Below are positions 28,897 through 38,364 of a DNA stretch of 64,000 bases, one piece after another. The number at the start of each line of letters is the position of its first letter. Position 1 is the first letter of the stretch. The stretch is from positions 896,001 to 960,000 of the forward strand of contig OZ253564.1 of the NCBI GenBank assembly GCA_965262915.1, given 5' to 3'. The translations under genes and the position numbers were made by a program. This DNA is from Candidatus Spongiisociaceae bacterium (lineage in GTDB: Bacteria; Actinomycetota; Acidimicrobiia; Spongiisociales; Spongiisociaceae). The notes under the pieces were generated by a model. That model saw only the letters and a list, made by a program, of their open reading frames with translations. It did no database searches and was not told where the DNA came from.

Positions 28897-30943
28897 ATCC
28901 GCGAGAGGCCGCTGGTTCACCGGCATCGATTCGGGCGGGACGTTCACCGACACGGTTGCAATCGACACGGAGTCCAGGGCGATTCAGGTGGCGAAGGTCC
29001 CCTCGACTCCATTGAGGCCGGTCGTCGCTGTCGTCGAGTCCCTGGAACAGCTCAACTCTCGTCGAATCGCCCGCCTTGTTCATGGCACCACGGTCGCGAC
29101 AAACGCTGTTCTACAGCGCAATGGCGCACGCTTGGCTCTCCTGGTCACCAAGGGGTTCGAAGATGTGGCGTACATACAACGTATCAACAGACCTCGCGCA
29201 TACGATTTGCTCTGGCAGAAACCAGATCCGCTTGTCGCGAAGCGCCACTGTTACGGAATCAGCGAACGTATCGGATCTGAGGGTGAGATCCTGTTGCCCC
29301 TCACTGAGGATGCCGTGTCGGCGGTCGTCGCGCATCTGAAAGACATAGTCTCAGCGGGCGAGATTGATGCGATAGCCGTCTGTCTCCTCTTCAGCTACGC
29401 GAACGACGCTCACGAGCAGCTTTTAGGCCGGCGCCTCCGTGAAGCCCTTCCCGACACGCCGGTGTCGGTCTCGAGTGAGGTGAGCCCGATCTGGAGAGAA
29501 TACGAGCGAACGAGTACGGTTCTCGCTGACGCCTACATCAAGCCGCTGATGTCCCGCTACTTCGGCGATCTTGCTGTCGAGACAGGTCCATTTCTCAAAG
29601 GCTCACCGCTCACTATCCTCAAGTCGAACGGTGGGACCGGCAACGTCTCCACAATTGCGCCGAAGCCGGTGACATCGATTCTGTCGGGTCTCGCCGGTGG
29701 CGTTGTCGGGGGAGCGTTCTTTGCCGCAGCTGAGAATGAGCCCCTCGCGATCACCTTCGACATGGGTGGGACGAGTACAGATATCGGGCTGGTACGCGAT
29801 GGCCAAGTGGGACACGTCAACGAGTACGAAGTCGAGTGGGGTCTACCGGTGGTCACCCCGGTCGTCGATGTGCACACAATTGGTGCGGGTGGTGGATCGA
29901 TAGCGGCAATTGACAGCGGTAGCCTTCTCCAGGTCGGCCCCCGTAGCGCCGGAGCACGGCCCGGTCCCTCGTGCTATGGGCTTGGCGGATCAAAGCCCAC
30001 GGTAACGGATGCGAACCTGGTCCTAGGCCGGCTGAATCCGCACTACTTTCTCGGCGGCAAGGTGAAGCTTGAACCGCAAGCGTCCTTCGATGCGTTGTCA
30101 GAGCTTGCTTCGCAATTGCAGCTCTCGACCGTCGACGCTGCGACCGCTGTAGTGGCTGTTGCCGACGAGAACATGGCGAACGCCATTCGGCTGGTTACGA
30201 TCGAGCGCGGTGTCGACCCACGGGGCTTCGCTCTGATAGCGTTCGGTGGTGCCGGGCCCCTTCACGCGTGCGGAGTCGCTGATGCGGTCGGGATCCGGCG
30301 GATAGTGGTTCCGCCCAATCCAGGTCTATGCTCCGCGTTCGGTGCAGCGATCGCGCGCTTACGCACCGATCGGGTCTGGAGCATCGGCAAGCGAATCGAC
30401 GACATCAACGAAGAGGTGCTGCAGGCCGAATTCCAGGCGTCAGTGGGTGCTGTCAGCAATCAGTTGTACAGAGATGGCGCAACGGGCTCCGAACGGTTAT
30501 CACTGTTCGCATCATGCCGCTACTACCTCCAGAACCATGAGCATGAGATACACCTTGGAGCGGATCTGGTGCCCGGCTTCCTAGCGCGGCTGCGCGACGC
30601 ATTCGACCGGGCACACGAAGCAGCCTACGGCTACTCGTTTCCATCCGATCCGGTCGAAGTGGTTCATTGTCGGGTTACTGCTCTGGAACCCTACGATGCA
30701 TCCCTGGATATCGATTTCGCCCATCAAGATGGCCTCAGTGCTCGGGGTCCAAGGTCTGATCGAGTCCTCACTTTTGCCGGCGGCGAGGAATCGCTGGTTC
30801 CGGTCTACGAGCGTGCGAGTCTCACCGAACTGGTGGGGCCGGCTGTCATCGACGAGCCGGACTCGACAACCCTTGTTAGTCCGGGCTGGCTGGCACGTTT
30901 GACAGAGCGAGGCAGCATCCTTATGGAAAAGGAGCAGCTATGA
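28880..30943 (+). CDS. Hydantoinase/oxoprolinase subunit A, copy 2
   Basis: GIDSGGTFTD, HGTT.ATNA, EYERTST, DMGGTSTD, GAGGGSIA, FGGAGPLH; TTG start inferred after GGAGA. Confidence 0.93.
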   Translation: MPSSTESARGRWFTGIDSGGTFTDTVAIDTESRAIQVAKVPSTPLRPVVAVVESLEQLNSRRIARLVHGTTVATNAVLQRNGARLALLVTKGFEDVAYIQRINRPRAYDLLWQKPDPLVAKRHCYGISERIGSEGEILLPLTEDAVSAVVAHLKDIVSAGEIDAIAVCLLFSYANDAHEQLLGRRLREALPDTPVSVSSEVSPIWREYERTSTVLADAYIKPLMSRYFGDLAVETGPFLKGSPLTILKSNGGTGNVSTIAPKPVTSILSGLAGGVVGGAFFAAAENEPLAITFDMGGTSTDIGLVRDGQVGHVNEYEVEWGLPVVTPVVDVHTIGAGGGSIAAIDSGSLLQVGPRSAGARPGPSCYGLGGSKPTVTDANLVLGRLNPHYFLGGKVKLEPQASFDALSELASQLQLSTVDAATAVVAVADENMANAIRLVTIERGVDPRGFALIAFGGAGPLHACGVADAVGIRRIVVPPNPGLCSAFGAAIARLRTDRVWSIGKRIDDINEEVLQAEFQASVGAVSNQLYRDGATGSERLSLFASCRYYLQNHEHEIHLGADLVPGFLARLRDAFDRAHEAAYGYSFPSDPVEVVHCRVTALEPYDASLDIDFAHQDGLSARGPRSDRVLTFAGGEESLVPVYERASLTELVGPAVIDEPDSTTLVSPGWLARLTERGSILMEKEQL

Positions 30944-32676
30944 CCGACCACGTGGACACTGTAACCATGACGGTCGTAAGCAACTATCTCCGTAACGTCT
31001 GTCAAGAGATGGGCGTTGCCATGATGAGAACCTCGTTCTCCACCATCTTCAATGAAGGCCTCGACTTCTCCTGCGTGGTCTTCGATGCAGCGGGGCGAGC
31101 CATAGGAACCGGTGAATTCTGCCCGGCGCAGATCGGCGCCATCAACTTCGTGGTGGCCTGGTGCATCGAAGAACTCGGCGTCGAAGCTTTCAACGAGGGA
31201 GACGTCGTGATCCACAACGACCCCTATCGCGGAAACTGCCACATGCCAGAGCACATGGTGATGAAGCCGGTCTTCTTTGACGGCGAGCTCGTTGCCTTTG
31301 CAGCGACCATCGCCCATATGGCTGAAATCGGCGGAAAGGCTCCTGGAGGATTTGCGGCCGATGCCGTGGACGTGTACCAGGAAGGGCTGCGGCTACCGCC
31401 CATCAAGCTGATGGAGCGTGGAGAGCGAAACGAAGACGTCTGGAAGCTGGTTCTCATGAACCATAGGACGCCGCGGAGCACATGGGGCGATCTGCATGCG
31501 ATGGTTGGTGCGTTGAATGTTGGTGAGCAACGACTCAAGTCGCTTTTCGGGCGCTACGGAACAGATCGTGTCGCCTCGATCAACGATGCTCTATTCGACT
31601 ATTCGGAGCGCCGGATGCGCGAGGAGATTGCGGCGATTCCCGACGGCGAGTATCTGTGGGAAGACGTTGTTGAGGACGACGGCGTGGTGGCGGACAAGTC
31701 TTATTGGATCCGAGCCAGAATATTCGTCGACGGTAGCGACATCATCCTCGATTTTCGAGAGAGTGACGATCAGGCCCAAGGACCGTGCAACATGACCTTC
31801 GGTTCTACCATGTCAGCGGCTTATAACGCGATGCTCCAGGTGACCGATCCCACGATTCCCAAGAACGCCGGATGTTACCGACCTATCCACGTCATCACTC
31901 GTCACGGCAGCATCGTGAACGTCCAGCCTCCGGGGCCGTCTGTCGGCGGTAACTCCGAGATCCATCCCCGCGTGGTCGATCTGATCCTCGCTGCTTTGGC
32001 GCCCGCGATACCTGACCGTGTTGCGGCGAGTTCTGGGGGCAATAGCTGTAGCTTCTTGTTCGGAGGTTGGCATCCGAAGACAGGCGAGTACTTCACCAAC
32101 TACCACATCGAAGGCATCGGCTGGGGTGGAACCGTAGCGGGAAACGGTAACAACTCGCAGAACGTCATCAACGGCAATTGTCGCAACACACCAATCGAGG
32201 TTTTCGAAACCCGGTTTCCCGTCCGCGTGGGATGGCTCCGGCTCGTCCCTGACTCCGGAGGTGCCGGCCAGACGCGTGGCGGCCTCGCGTGTGAGCGTAT
32301 GCTCGAGGTTCTGTCCCCTGAACTCACCGTCGCCGAATTCACCGATCGGATGACAACACAGGCATGGGGCCTTTTCGGAGGATCACCCGGCTCGAGCACA
32401 GCGACATTTATGAGACTGCGTGGAACTGATGAGTGGGCAACGGTGGGAAACATGTTCGGTACAGTCTCGAACAGCAAGTATTCCGGCATCAAGCTGAAGG
32501 AAGGTGATTGCGTATTGCTACGGACTGCCGGCGGGGGAGGATACGGCCCGCCGACGAATCGCGATCAGGCCCTTGTGGCAGCGGACGTTGCCGACGGATT
32601 TATTACTCCCGAGGCGGCCCTCCGCTATTACGGCGTTCGGATTGCCACTGATCACCAATCGAGACAAGCACCGTGA
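30940..32676 (+). CDS. Hydantoinase B/oxoprolinase subunit, copy 2
   Basis: EMG....RTSFS...E..DFSC, NDPY...H.P, EGLRLPP, NTPIE..E, DSGGAG..RGG, GGGGYG.P. Confidence 0.95.
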   Translation: MTDHVDTVTMTVVSNYLRNVCQEMGVAMMRTSFSTIFNEGLDFSCVVFDAAGRAIGTGEFCPAQIGAINFVVAWCIEELGVEAFNEGDVVIHNDPYRGNCHMPEHMVMKPVFFDGELVAFAATIAHMAEIGGKAPGGFAADAVDVYQEGLRLPPIKLMERGERNEDVWKLVLMNHRTPRSTWGDLHAMVGALNVGEQRLKSLFGRYGTDRVASINDALFDYSERRMREEIAAIPDGEYLWEDVVEDDGVVADKSYWIRARIFVDGSDIILDFRESDDQAQGPCNMTFGSTMSAAYNAMLQVTDPTIPKNAGCYRPIHVITRHGSIVNVQPPGPSVGGNSEIHPRVVDLILAALAPAIPDRVAASSGGNSCSFLFGGWHPKTGEYFTNYHIEGIGWGGTVAGNGNNSQNVINGNCRNTPIEVFETRFPVRVGWLRLVPDSGGAGQTRGGLACERMLEVLSPELTVAEFTDRMTTQAWGLFGGSPGSSTATFMRLRGTDEWATVGNMFGTVSNSKYSGIKLKEGDCVLLRTAGGGGYGPPTNRDQALVAADVADGFITPEAALRYYGVRIATDHQSRQAP

Positions 32677-32900
32677 GTGGAGACTGGGTCACCCTTGATC
32701 GCCCGCTCTATGAGACGGAGATACAGGCTTGCTCTGCGTGCGGTGCGATGATTGCCGGACGCGGTTGGTGGACTGCCTCACCTGAGGGGCGCCTTTTATG
32801 CGGACCGGAATGCGAGCAACTCGAGGTTCGTGTGTCCGAGTTGCGAGAGCGCTATCGAAGCGACGGAAGGCAGTTTGCTTCGTTGAGTATGGAGCCGTGA
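32673..32900 (+). CDS. Small Cys-rich protein, possible Zn-binding accessory subunit
   Basis: 75 aa, CxxC...CxxxC, overlaps both neighbours by GTGA coupling. Confidence 0.7.
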   Translation: MSGDWVTLDRPLYETEIQACSACGAMIAGRGWWTASPEGRLLCGPECEQLEVRVSELRERYRSDGRQFASLSMEP

Positions 32901-33796
32901 GCGTGGCTGAGCACGTCATAAGCCTGGGCCCACTCCTATACGAGATTAGCCGGCTCCGCGAGCCGATGATAACGATCGACCCTGGGGATAGCGTCGTGGT
33001 TGAGACGGAAGACGCGTTCTCCGGACAGGTTCGGTTGCCCGGGGATGTCCGAGATCGCACGGCCCTACCGCTCAGTGATCCCGTCGCCGGGCCCATCGTC
33101 GTAAGCGGGGCTGAACCAGGGGATTCGCTACGCGTGTACATCGTTGACATCGAGCCACTTCTCGGCCAATGCGCGACCTACGTACTGCCTGCCCCGCCTG
33201 TTGTAGCCGCGCTCGCATCGCCAGTGCCGGATATGACGCGAATTTGCCAGATTGTGGATGGTCAGATCCTCTGGAGCGAGGACTTCACAATCCCGTATCG
33301 CCCTATGATCGGAACAATCGCTTGTGCTCCGGCCATGGGGGCCGCAACGACAGTATCCGCTGGCGACTATGGGGGCAACATGGACCTCCGCGAGGTTGCT
33401 CCTGGGTCTACTGTGATGCTTCCGGTGTTCGTTCCCGGTGGATTCCTGTACCTGGGGGATTGCCACGCCGCGCAAGGTGCGGGCGAGGTAAGCGGTATCG
33501 GGTTGGAGATGCCTGCACGAAGCCGGATCGTCGTTGATCTGGAGAAGAGCATCGAGTTGCGGTGGCCACGGATCGAGACGGAGAGCGATCTAATGGCTGT
33601 AGCGTGTGGGAGACCGCTCGATGAGGCAGTTGGCGTAGCGTTCAGTCGGCTCGCAGTGTGGATGGAGAGAAGCTATGGCTGGGCCTGCTGGGAGGCATTG
33701 AGCCTGCTCTCACAGGTGGGCGAGGTCAGCGTTGGCTACTACTGGGGTGGCGGCGTTGCTGCGAAGGTATCCAAGTCGTATGTCCAACGAACCTAG
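32897..33796 (+). CDS. Acetamidase/formamidase (FmdA/AmdA) family protein
   Basis: GPI.V.GAEPGD.L.V, PMIG.I, GGNMD, GDCHA.QG.GE; start 32897 or 32903. Confidence 0.9.
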   Translation: MSVAEHVISLGPLLYEISRLREPMITIDPGDSVVVETEDAFSGQVRLPGDVRDRTALPLSDPVAGPIVVSGAEPGDSLRVYIVDIEPLLGQCATYVLPAPPVVAALASPVPDMTRICQIVDGQILWSEDFTIPYRPMIGTIACAPAMGAATTVSAGDYGGNMDLREVAPGSTVMLPVFVPGGFLYLGDCHAAQGAGEVSGIGLEMPARSRIVVDLEKSIELRWPRIETESDLMAVACGRPLDEAVGVAFSRLAVWMERSYGWACWEALSLLSQVGEVSVGYYWGGGVAAKVSKSYVQRT

Positions 33797-33830
33797 GCAG
33801 TGAGTCGAAATGAGGAAGTGAGTTCGCAAT

Positions 33831-34682
33831 ATGAACACACCTCGACCGAAGATTGGTAGCATGAACGATTCACGCGACGTTTCATTCGAGTTCCCATCGA
33901 TAGAACATCCGGCGTTGCTTCAAGTACTTCTCGAAGAGGCCAAGCGACGCAGTGTTCCTATCCACCGTATATCTATGGGTGGTGGAACCCGCATGCTGAC
34001 GAATGGCGAACGCGAGGACATGCTCAGTCAAGCGCACGAGCACGGTATCGACGTCTACTCATTCATATCGTCCCGCAACTCGTTCGAGCCTCTCGTTGAC
34101 AAAGGAGCAGGCGACCAGTTGCGAGGTGAAGTCGCGTTCCAAGATGCTATTGAAGAACTCCATCGATGCTCTGAATGGGGAATCGATGGAGTTCTCGTCG
34201 CAGACCTGGGGCTTCTCGATGCCGCGAACAAACTACGTATGAGCGGTGATCTGCTCGGACTCGCCTTCAAGACATCCGTAGTAATAGCTCCAACGAACGC
34301 CGCTACCGCCCAGCTGTATGAGAGGCTTGGGGCTACAAGTATCAATGTATCCGGTTCGTCGACGATCGATGATCTGGCTGCGATGCGCTCCCGGCTCTCA
34401 AGTTCCACCAGTCTCGATATCTACATCGAGATCTCTGCCGATTTGGCCGGAGGACTCCGCTACCGAGATGCTGCTGCTCTCGTGGAAGAGGCTGCTCCCG
34501 TGCATCTCAAGTTCGGGTTGCTAAACGCACCGACGCTATATCCGTATGGAGCGCATCTCGAGGCTATCGCACAGCAAACCGCCCGCGAGAAGGTCCGACG
34601 CGCCCAGCTCGTATGCGAAGACCTCGCCAGAGCAGGAGTCAATATACAAGCCGCAGTAGGCGCGAAGGCTAACAGCGTTTGA
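33831..34682 (+). CDS. U32-peptidase-like TIM-barrel protein of unknown function
   Basis: E.PS.E.P, HRIS.G.G..ML, G....LVAD.G, K.SV, LGA.S.NV, D.Y.E, P..LKFGL.NAP.LYP.G.H pattern of the actinobacterial U32-like family. Confidence 0.7.
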   Translation: MNTPRPKIGSMNDSRDVSFEFPSIEHPALLQVLLEEAKRRSVPIHRISMGGGTRMLTNGEREDMLSQAHEHGIDVYSFISSRNSFEPLVDKGAGDQLRGEVAFQDAIEELHRCSEWGIDGVLVADLGLLDAANKLRMSGDLLGLAFKTSVVIAPTNAATAQLYERLGATSINVSGSSTIDDLAAMRSRLSSSTSLDIYIEISADLAGGLRYRDAAALVEEAAPVHLKFGLLNAPTLYPYGAHLEAIAQQTAREKVRRAQLVCEDLARAGVNIQAAVGAKANSV

Positions 34683-35121
34683 ATGTCAGTGACCTTGTAA
34701 CATCCGTGCCTACCATCGATCTTGGCCAAGTAGAGGTGAACATTTCCCAGCCCCAAATGTCCGCTGATGAACGTAGGCTCAGAAACAGACCTGACTCCAA
34801 GGCCCACAAACTGCCGTGCAGAGCCCATATGCAAGTCCAGGCCAGCACAGTAGTAATCGCCTCCCGGAGTAGTGTGAAACGCCTTCCGACACTGTCGGAA
34901 GCTGAGTTTATGGCTGCCGCGGCTATTCGTAACTTTCAGATCCTCTTGTCCGTGATCGGGTGCCGGATTGTCGAACGCTGTGCGGCTGTGGTTGATCGCG
35001 TGGGTTACAAACCACGATTCGAGAAGAACCCTACGAGGAAGAGGGCATTCCCAGAGTTCGATTTGCTGGCTGCCCAAGGCAGCCATCTACAGAATTCAGA
35101 AGCGACGGGAGGCCGTTTTCG

Positions 35122-36174
35122 ATGACACACGGCCGACGACTGTCCCCATCGGTATTGCACGGCTGGGCGACCGAGATCGTACGTTCGGCGGGAGCCTCCG
35201 TACCAGCAGCAGAGGCAACAGCGACAGCGCTGATTGACGCCAACCTACGCGGCCTGGACACACACGGCCTCGTCCTGCTCAGGTTGTATCTGCCTCGACT
35301 GAGAAGCGGGACAATCGATGGGCAGGCGAAACCCGAGGTTATCAACGACCTTCCGGGTGCGGTAGTAGTCGATGCTCGAAACGCACTTGGTCCATACGCA
35401 GCGACAATCGCAACCGAACTCTGCTGTGACAAGGCCGAGAGCAGCGGTGCTGCTGTCGCGCTCGTTCGGAGATCGAACCACTTCGGAGCGGCGTCGGTGT
35501 ACTCGGAGCAAGCGGTTCGGCGAGGCTGCGCGGCCATTGTTTTTTCGAATAGCGACCCGGGTTTAGCTCCACGGGGAGCTCTCGGTCCGATTCTTGGAAC
35601 CAATCCTCTGGCAATCGCCGTGCCCGCGCACGCCGAAGAGATCGCCCCTTCCCTCGATATCGCCACCAGCGTCGTCGCTCTCGGTCGAGTCCGAGCCGCG
35701 GCGCGAGCCGGAGACCGTCTCCCACCAGGATGGGCGATAGGGCCCGATGGAGCGCCGACCGAGGAGCCCGAACTCGCTCTTGCCGGCAGTCTGCTCCCTT
35801 TCGGAGAGCACAAGGGATTCGCGCTTGCCTTCATGATTGACACGTTGGCCGGATGTCTGGCAGGGGCACGAACAAGCCCGTCGATAAGTGCCGATCCGGT
35901 TGGGCTCAAGCCCCAACATCTAGGTCACTTCATCCTGGCCATCAGCCTTGGAGCCGTGGGCAACATGGCGGGTATTCTATCCTGTGTCGAAGCACTGACA
36001 GACACAGTGCATACGGCGGGGAGAGCTAAGGAGGTTCGACCATTCCTGATCCCCGGAGAACGTGAAGCACGGTTGGCCGCCGAGCGTCGCACGAGGATCC
36101 CAATCGGATCTGGAGATCTCGCCTTGCTCGAGGGTCTCGGCCGTGATTTCAACGTGACCTTCCCGAGTCGCTAG
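35122..36174 (+). CDS. Ldh_2 family NAD(P)-dependent oxidoreductase (AllD/ComC/DpkA-like)
   Basis: RG.DTHG, SNHFG, GTNP.A, LDIATS, LLPFG.HKG, PGERE. Confidence 0.93.
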   Translation: MTHGRRLSPSVLHGWATEIVRSAGASVPAAEATATALIDANLRGLDTHGLVLLRLYLPRLRSGTIDGQAKPEVINDLPGAVVVDARNALGPYAATIATELCCDKAESSGAAVALVRRSNHFGAASVYSEQAVRRGCAAIVFSNSDPGLAPRGALGPILGTNPLAIAVPAHAEEIAPSLDIATSVVALGRVRAAARAGDRLPPGWAIGPDGAPTEEPELALAGSLLPFGEHKGFALAFMIDTLAGCLAGARTSPSISADPVGLKPQHLGHFILAISLGAVGNMAGILSCVEALTDTVHTAGRAKEVRPFLIPGEREARLAAERRTRIPIGSGDLALLEGLGRDFNVTFPSR

Positions 36175-36176
36175 CC

Positions 36177-36983
36177 GTGGAAACACGAGCCTTCGGTTCC
36201 ACCGGCCTGAACCTCCCTGTCGTAGGTCTGGGCACATGGTCAACGTTTGATCTCCCGGCGTCTCGCGAGGCCACCGCCTCCGGAGTTGTAGCGGAAGCAT
36301 TGGGCGCAGGCACTCGCCTCTTTGACACCTCTCCGATGTATGGGCGCTCGGAAGCCGTCTTATCGAGAGCGCTTGCCGATCGCCGGGCTGACAGCATCGT
36401 CGCCACCAAGATATGGGCACAATCCGAGACCGAGGGACATCACCAGTTCGCCCGGCAAGTCGAACTATTCGGTGGTTGGATCGACCTGGAGCAGGTGCAC
36501 AACCTTGTCGCCTGGAGAGCACACCTCTCATTCCTTGAGAAGGAACGAGACCGGGGTCGAATCGGGCTCATCGGTGCCACCCATCTCGATTCTGGCGCAT
36601 TCGACGAACTCGAAGTGGTGATGAATACCGGCCGGATCGACGCTATCCAGATCCCGTACAATCCATGGGAGCGGGTTGTTGAACAGAGGATCCTCCCACT
36701 CGCAGAAGAACTCGGCCTCGGTGTCATCGTCATGCGACCCTTCGCAGAAGGCGCGCTTTTCCACCAACCCGACTCATCCGAGATCGAAAGGCTGGGAGTC
36801 CGTTCGTGGTCGGAGGCGTTACTCAAGTGGGTGTTGTCGGACAGCCGCGTGCATGTTGTCATACCCGCCACAAGCAAGCGAGACCACGCGCGACTCAACG
36901 CGATTGCGGGGAGCGCTCCGTACCTACATGCCGACCAGCGTGCCGCTGTCGAGCGCCTCGCAGGCGATTGGGAGACCGCGTGA
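36177..36983 (+). CDS. Aldo/keto reductase
   Basis: GLGTW, FDTSPMYG.SE, ATKI, DL.QVHN, Q.PYN, IPATS. Confidence 0.92.
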   Translation: METRAFGSTGLNLPVVGLGTWSTFDLPASREATASGVVAEALGAGTRLFDTSPMYGRSEAVLSRALADRRADSIVATKIWAQSETEGHHQFARQVELFGGWIDLEQVHNLVAWRAHLSFLEKERDRGRIGLIGATHLDSGAFDELEVVMNTGRIDAIQIPYNPWERVVEQRILPLAEELGLGVIVMRPFAEGALFHQPDSSEIERLGVRSWSEALLKWVLSDSRVHVVIPATSKRDHARLNAIAGSAPYLHADQRAAVERLAGDWETA

Positions 36984-37108
36984 CGGAGGGGGCTCTCGCG
37001 ATTCTCGTGGATTGCCGACGGTCGTGGACTCCGATCCTGGAGCCCGGAGCTTGCCACAAACCCAGACGTGCCGGCGTCGGCCCGGCACACCACCAGTCAA
37101 AACATCCC

Positions 37109-37162
37109 GACTCCACGAAACCAGGGCATCACCCCACTCTCCGATAGACCCGAGGCGGTTCA
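37109..37162 (+). mobile_element. Isolated IS3-like terminal inverted repeats
   Basis: Reverse complements TGAACCGCCTCGGGTCTATCGGAG (ending at 37162) and TGATGCCCTGGTTTCGTGGAG (ending at 37131) resemble the IR at 27814. Confidence 0.55.
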
Positions 37163-37274
37163 TACTCCAAGATCGGGTAATTGTTGACCCCCAAGGTTTC
37201 TGGATACCTCAACCGCTCAGCGGTGGATTACCACCCGTACCCCTCGGAATTACTCCTCTAGGCCGGCTCTCCCC

Positions 37275-38339
37275 TTATCCGCCCTTGCCCGAGACCCGTA
37301 GCACGATCTTGCCGACGTTGCGTCTCGACCGGAGGTCGGCATAGGCCTCCCGGATGCGGCGTAGGGGCCGGACGGAGTCGATTCCGGGATGGATCCTGCT
37401 TGCTGCCGCCAGGTCGAGACACCGCCGCATACCTCGGCTGGTGGATCCCGAACTGCCGTAGATCGCCACCCGCGATCTGAACAGCCAGTTGTTGTTGAGC
37501 TGAACGAGGGGTCCCGCATGCGATCCGCATACGACGACCCTCGCCCGGTTGCGCAAGGTCTTGAGGGCCTCATTCCACACCGTCGGGTTACTGGCCGGTT
37601 CCAGGTACACGGTGACCCCTTCCGGGGCGATCTCGCGGACCGAATCCGAGAATTCGGGCTCCGCCGTGTAGTCGATGGTCGCATCGGCGCCCGCCGCGGC
37701 TGCCTGCGATGCCCGGTCGGGTGACCCGGCGGCTCCGATCACGATGGCACCTGCGAGTTTGGCGAGTTGCACCGCGGCGAAGCCGATAGCGCCCGACGCT
37801 CCGGTCACGAGCACGACATCCTCTCCGGTAAGGCTCACACGCGTGAACATCTGCTCCGCCACGGGAAAGGAGTGGGCGAGCGCGGTGGCCTGCGCATGGC
37901 CGAGGCTGTCTGCGATGGGAAATACGCTGCGTTCGGGGACGGTCACGTACTCGGCATGTCCGCCCCATCGGTGAACCCCCACGTTGTGCAGGGACGGGCA
38001 GGAGTCGTCCTCACCGCGTTCGCAGGATTCACAGATGCCGCACGCTATCGGCGGTTTCACGACCACGCGCCGGCCGACATCGAGAGAGGAGACCTCCGAA
38101 CCGCGGCCCGCGACCACTCCCGACGGGTCGATACCCATCACATGGGGGAAGGACAGGTTGGCCTTGTGAGCCCGTCCGGACATGGTGAAGAGGTCCTGGT
38201 GGTTGACCGCAACCGTCCGAACCCGGATCAACACCTCGTCCGCGGCCGGTGCCGGCACCGGCAAGCGGGTTTCGACGATGTGCTGGGGGCCTCCCACCTC
38301 CACCAGCGCCATCACGTGCATGGTGTCCGGTACGTTCAC
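37275..38339 (-). CDS. MDR superfamily (Zn-ADH-like) oxidoreductase
   Basis: Structural-Zn CGICESC..G....C, GASGAIG nucleotide-binding motif, GKIVL; catalytic-Zn positions read VNHQD and GID. Confidence 0.92.
   Translation of the reverse strand: MNVPDTMHVMALVEVGGPQHIVETRLPVPAPAADEVLIRVRTVAVNHQDLFTMSGRAHKANLSFPHVMGIDPSGVVAGRGSEVSSLDVGRRVVVKPPIACGICESCERGEDDSCPSLHNVGVHRWGGHAEYVTVPERSVFPIADSLGHAQATALAHSFPVAEQMFTRVSLTGEDVVLVTGASGAIGFAAVQLAKLAGAIVIGAAGSPDRASQAAAAGADATIDYTAEPEFSDSVREIAPEGVTVYLEPASNPTVWNEALKTLRNRARVVVCGSHAGPLVQLNNNWLFRSRVAIYGSSGSTSRGMRRCLDLAAASRIHPGIDSVRPLRRIREAYADLRSRRNVGKIVLRVSGKGG
37300..37320 (+). repeat. 21-bp direct repeat (right copy), inside the 3' end of the MDR gene
   Basis: Identical to 16006-16026. 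Confidence 0.9.
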
Positions 38340-38364
38340 GGCGTCCTACCCGAAAGGCGGCTCA

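Larger units (their letters stand above)
16006..37320. mobile_element. Candidate ~21-kb inserted island bounded by a 21-bp direct repeat
   Basis: Direct repeats at both ends, visibly more AT-rich codons inside, IS elements inside, gene relics at the left junction and IS ends at the right junction; no integrase inside. Confidence 0.6.

Noticed and set aside
34679-35125. 148-aa ORF between the U32-like and Ldh_2 genes
   Set aside because: No recognisable motif or RBS and atypical composition; it overlaps both neighbours by 4 bp, so a decayed gene is not excluded.
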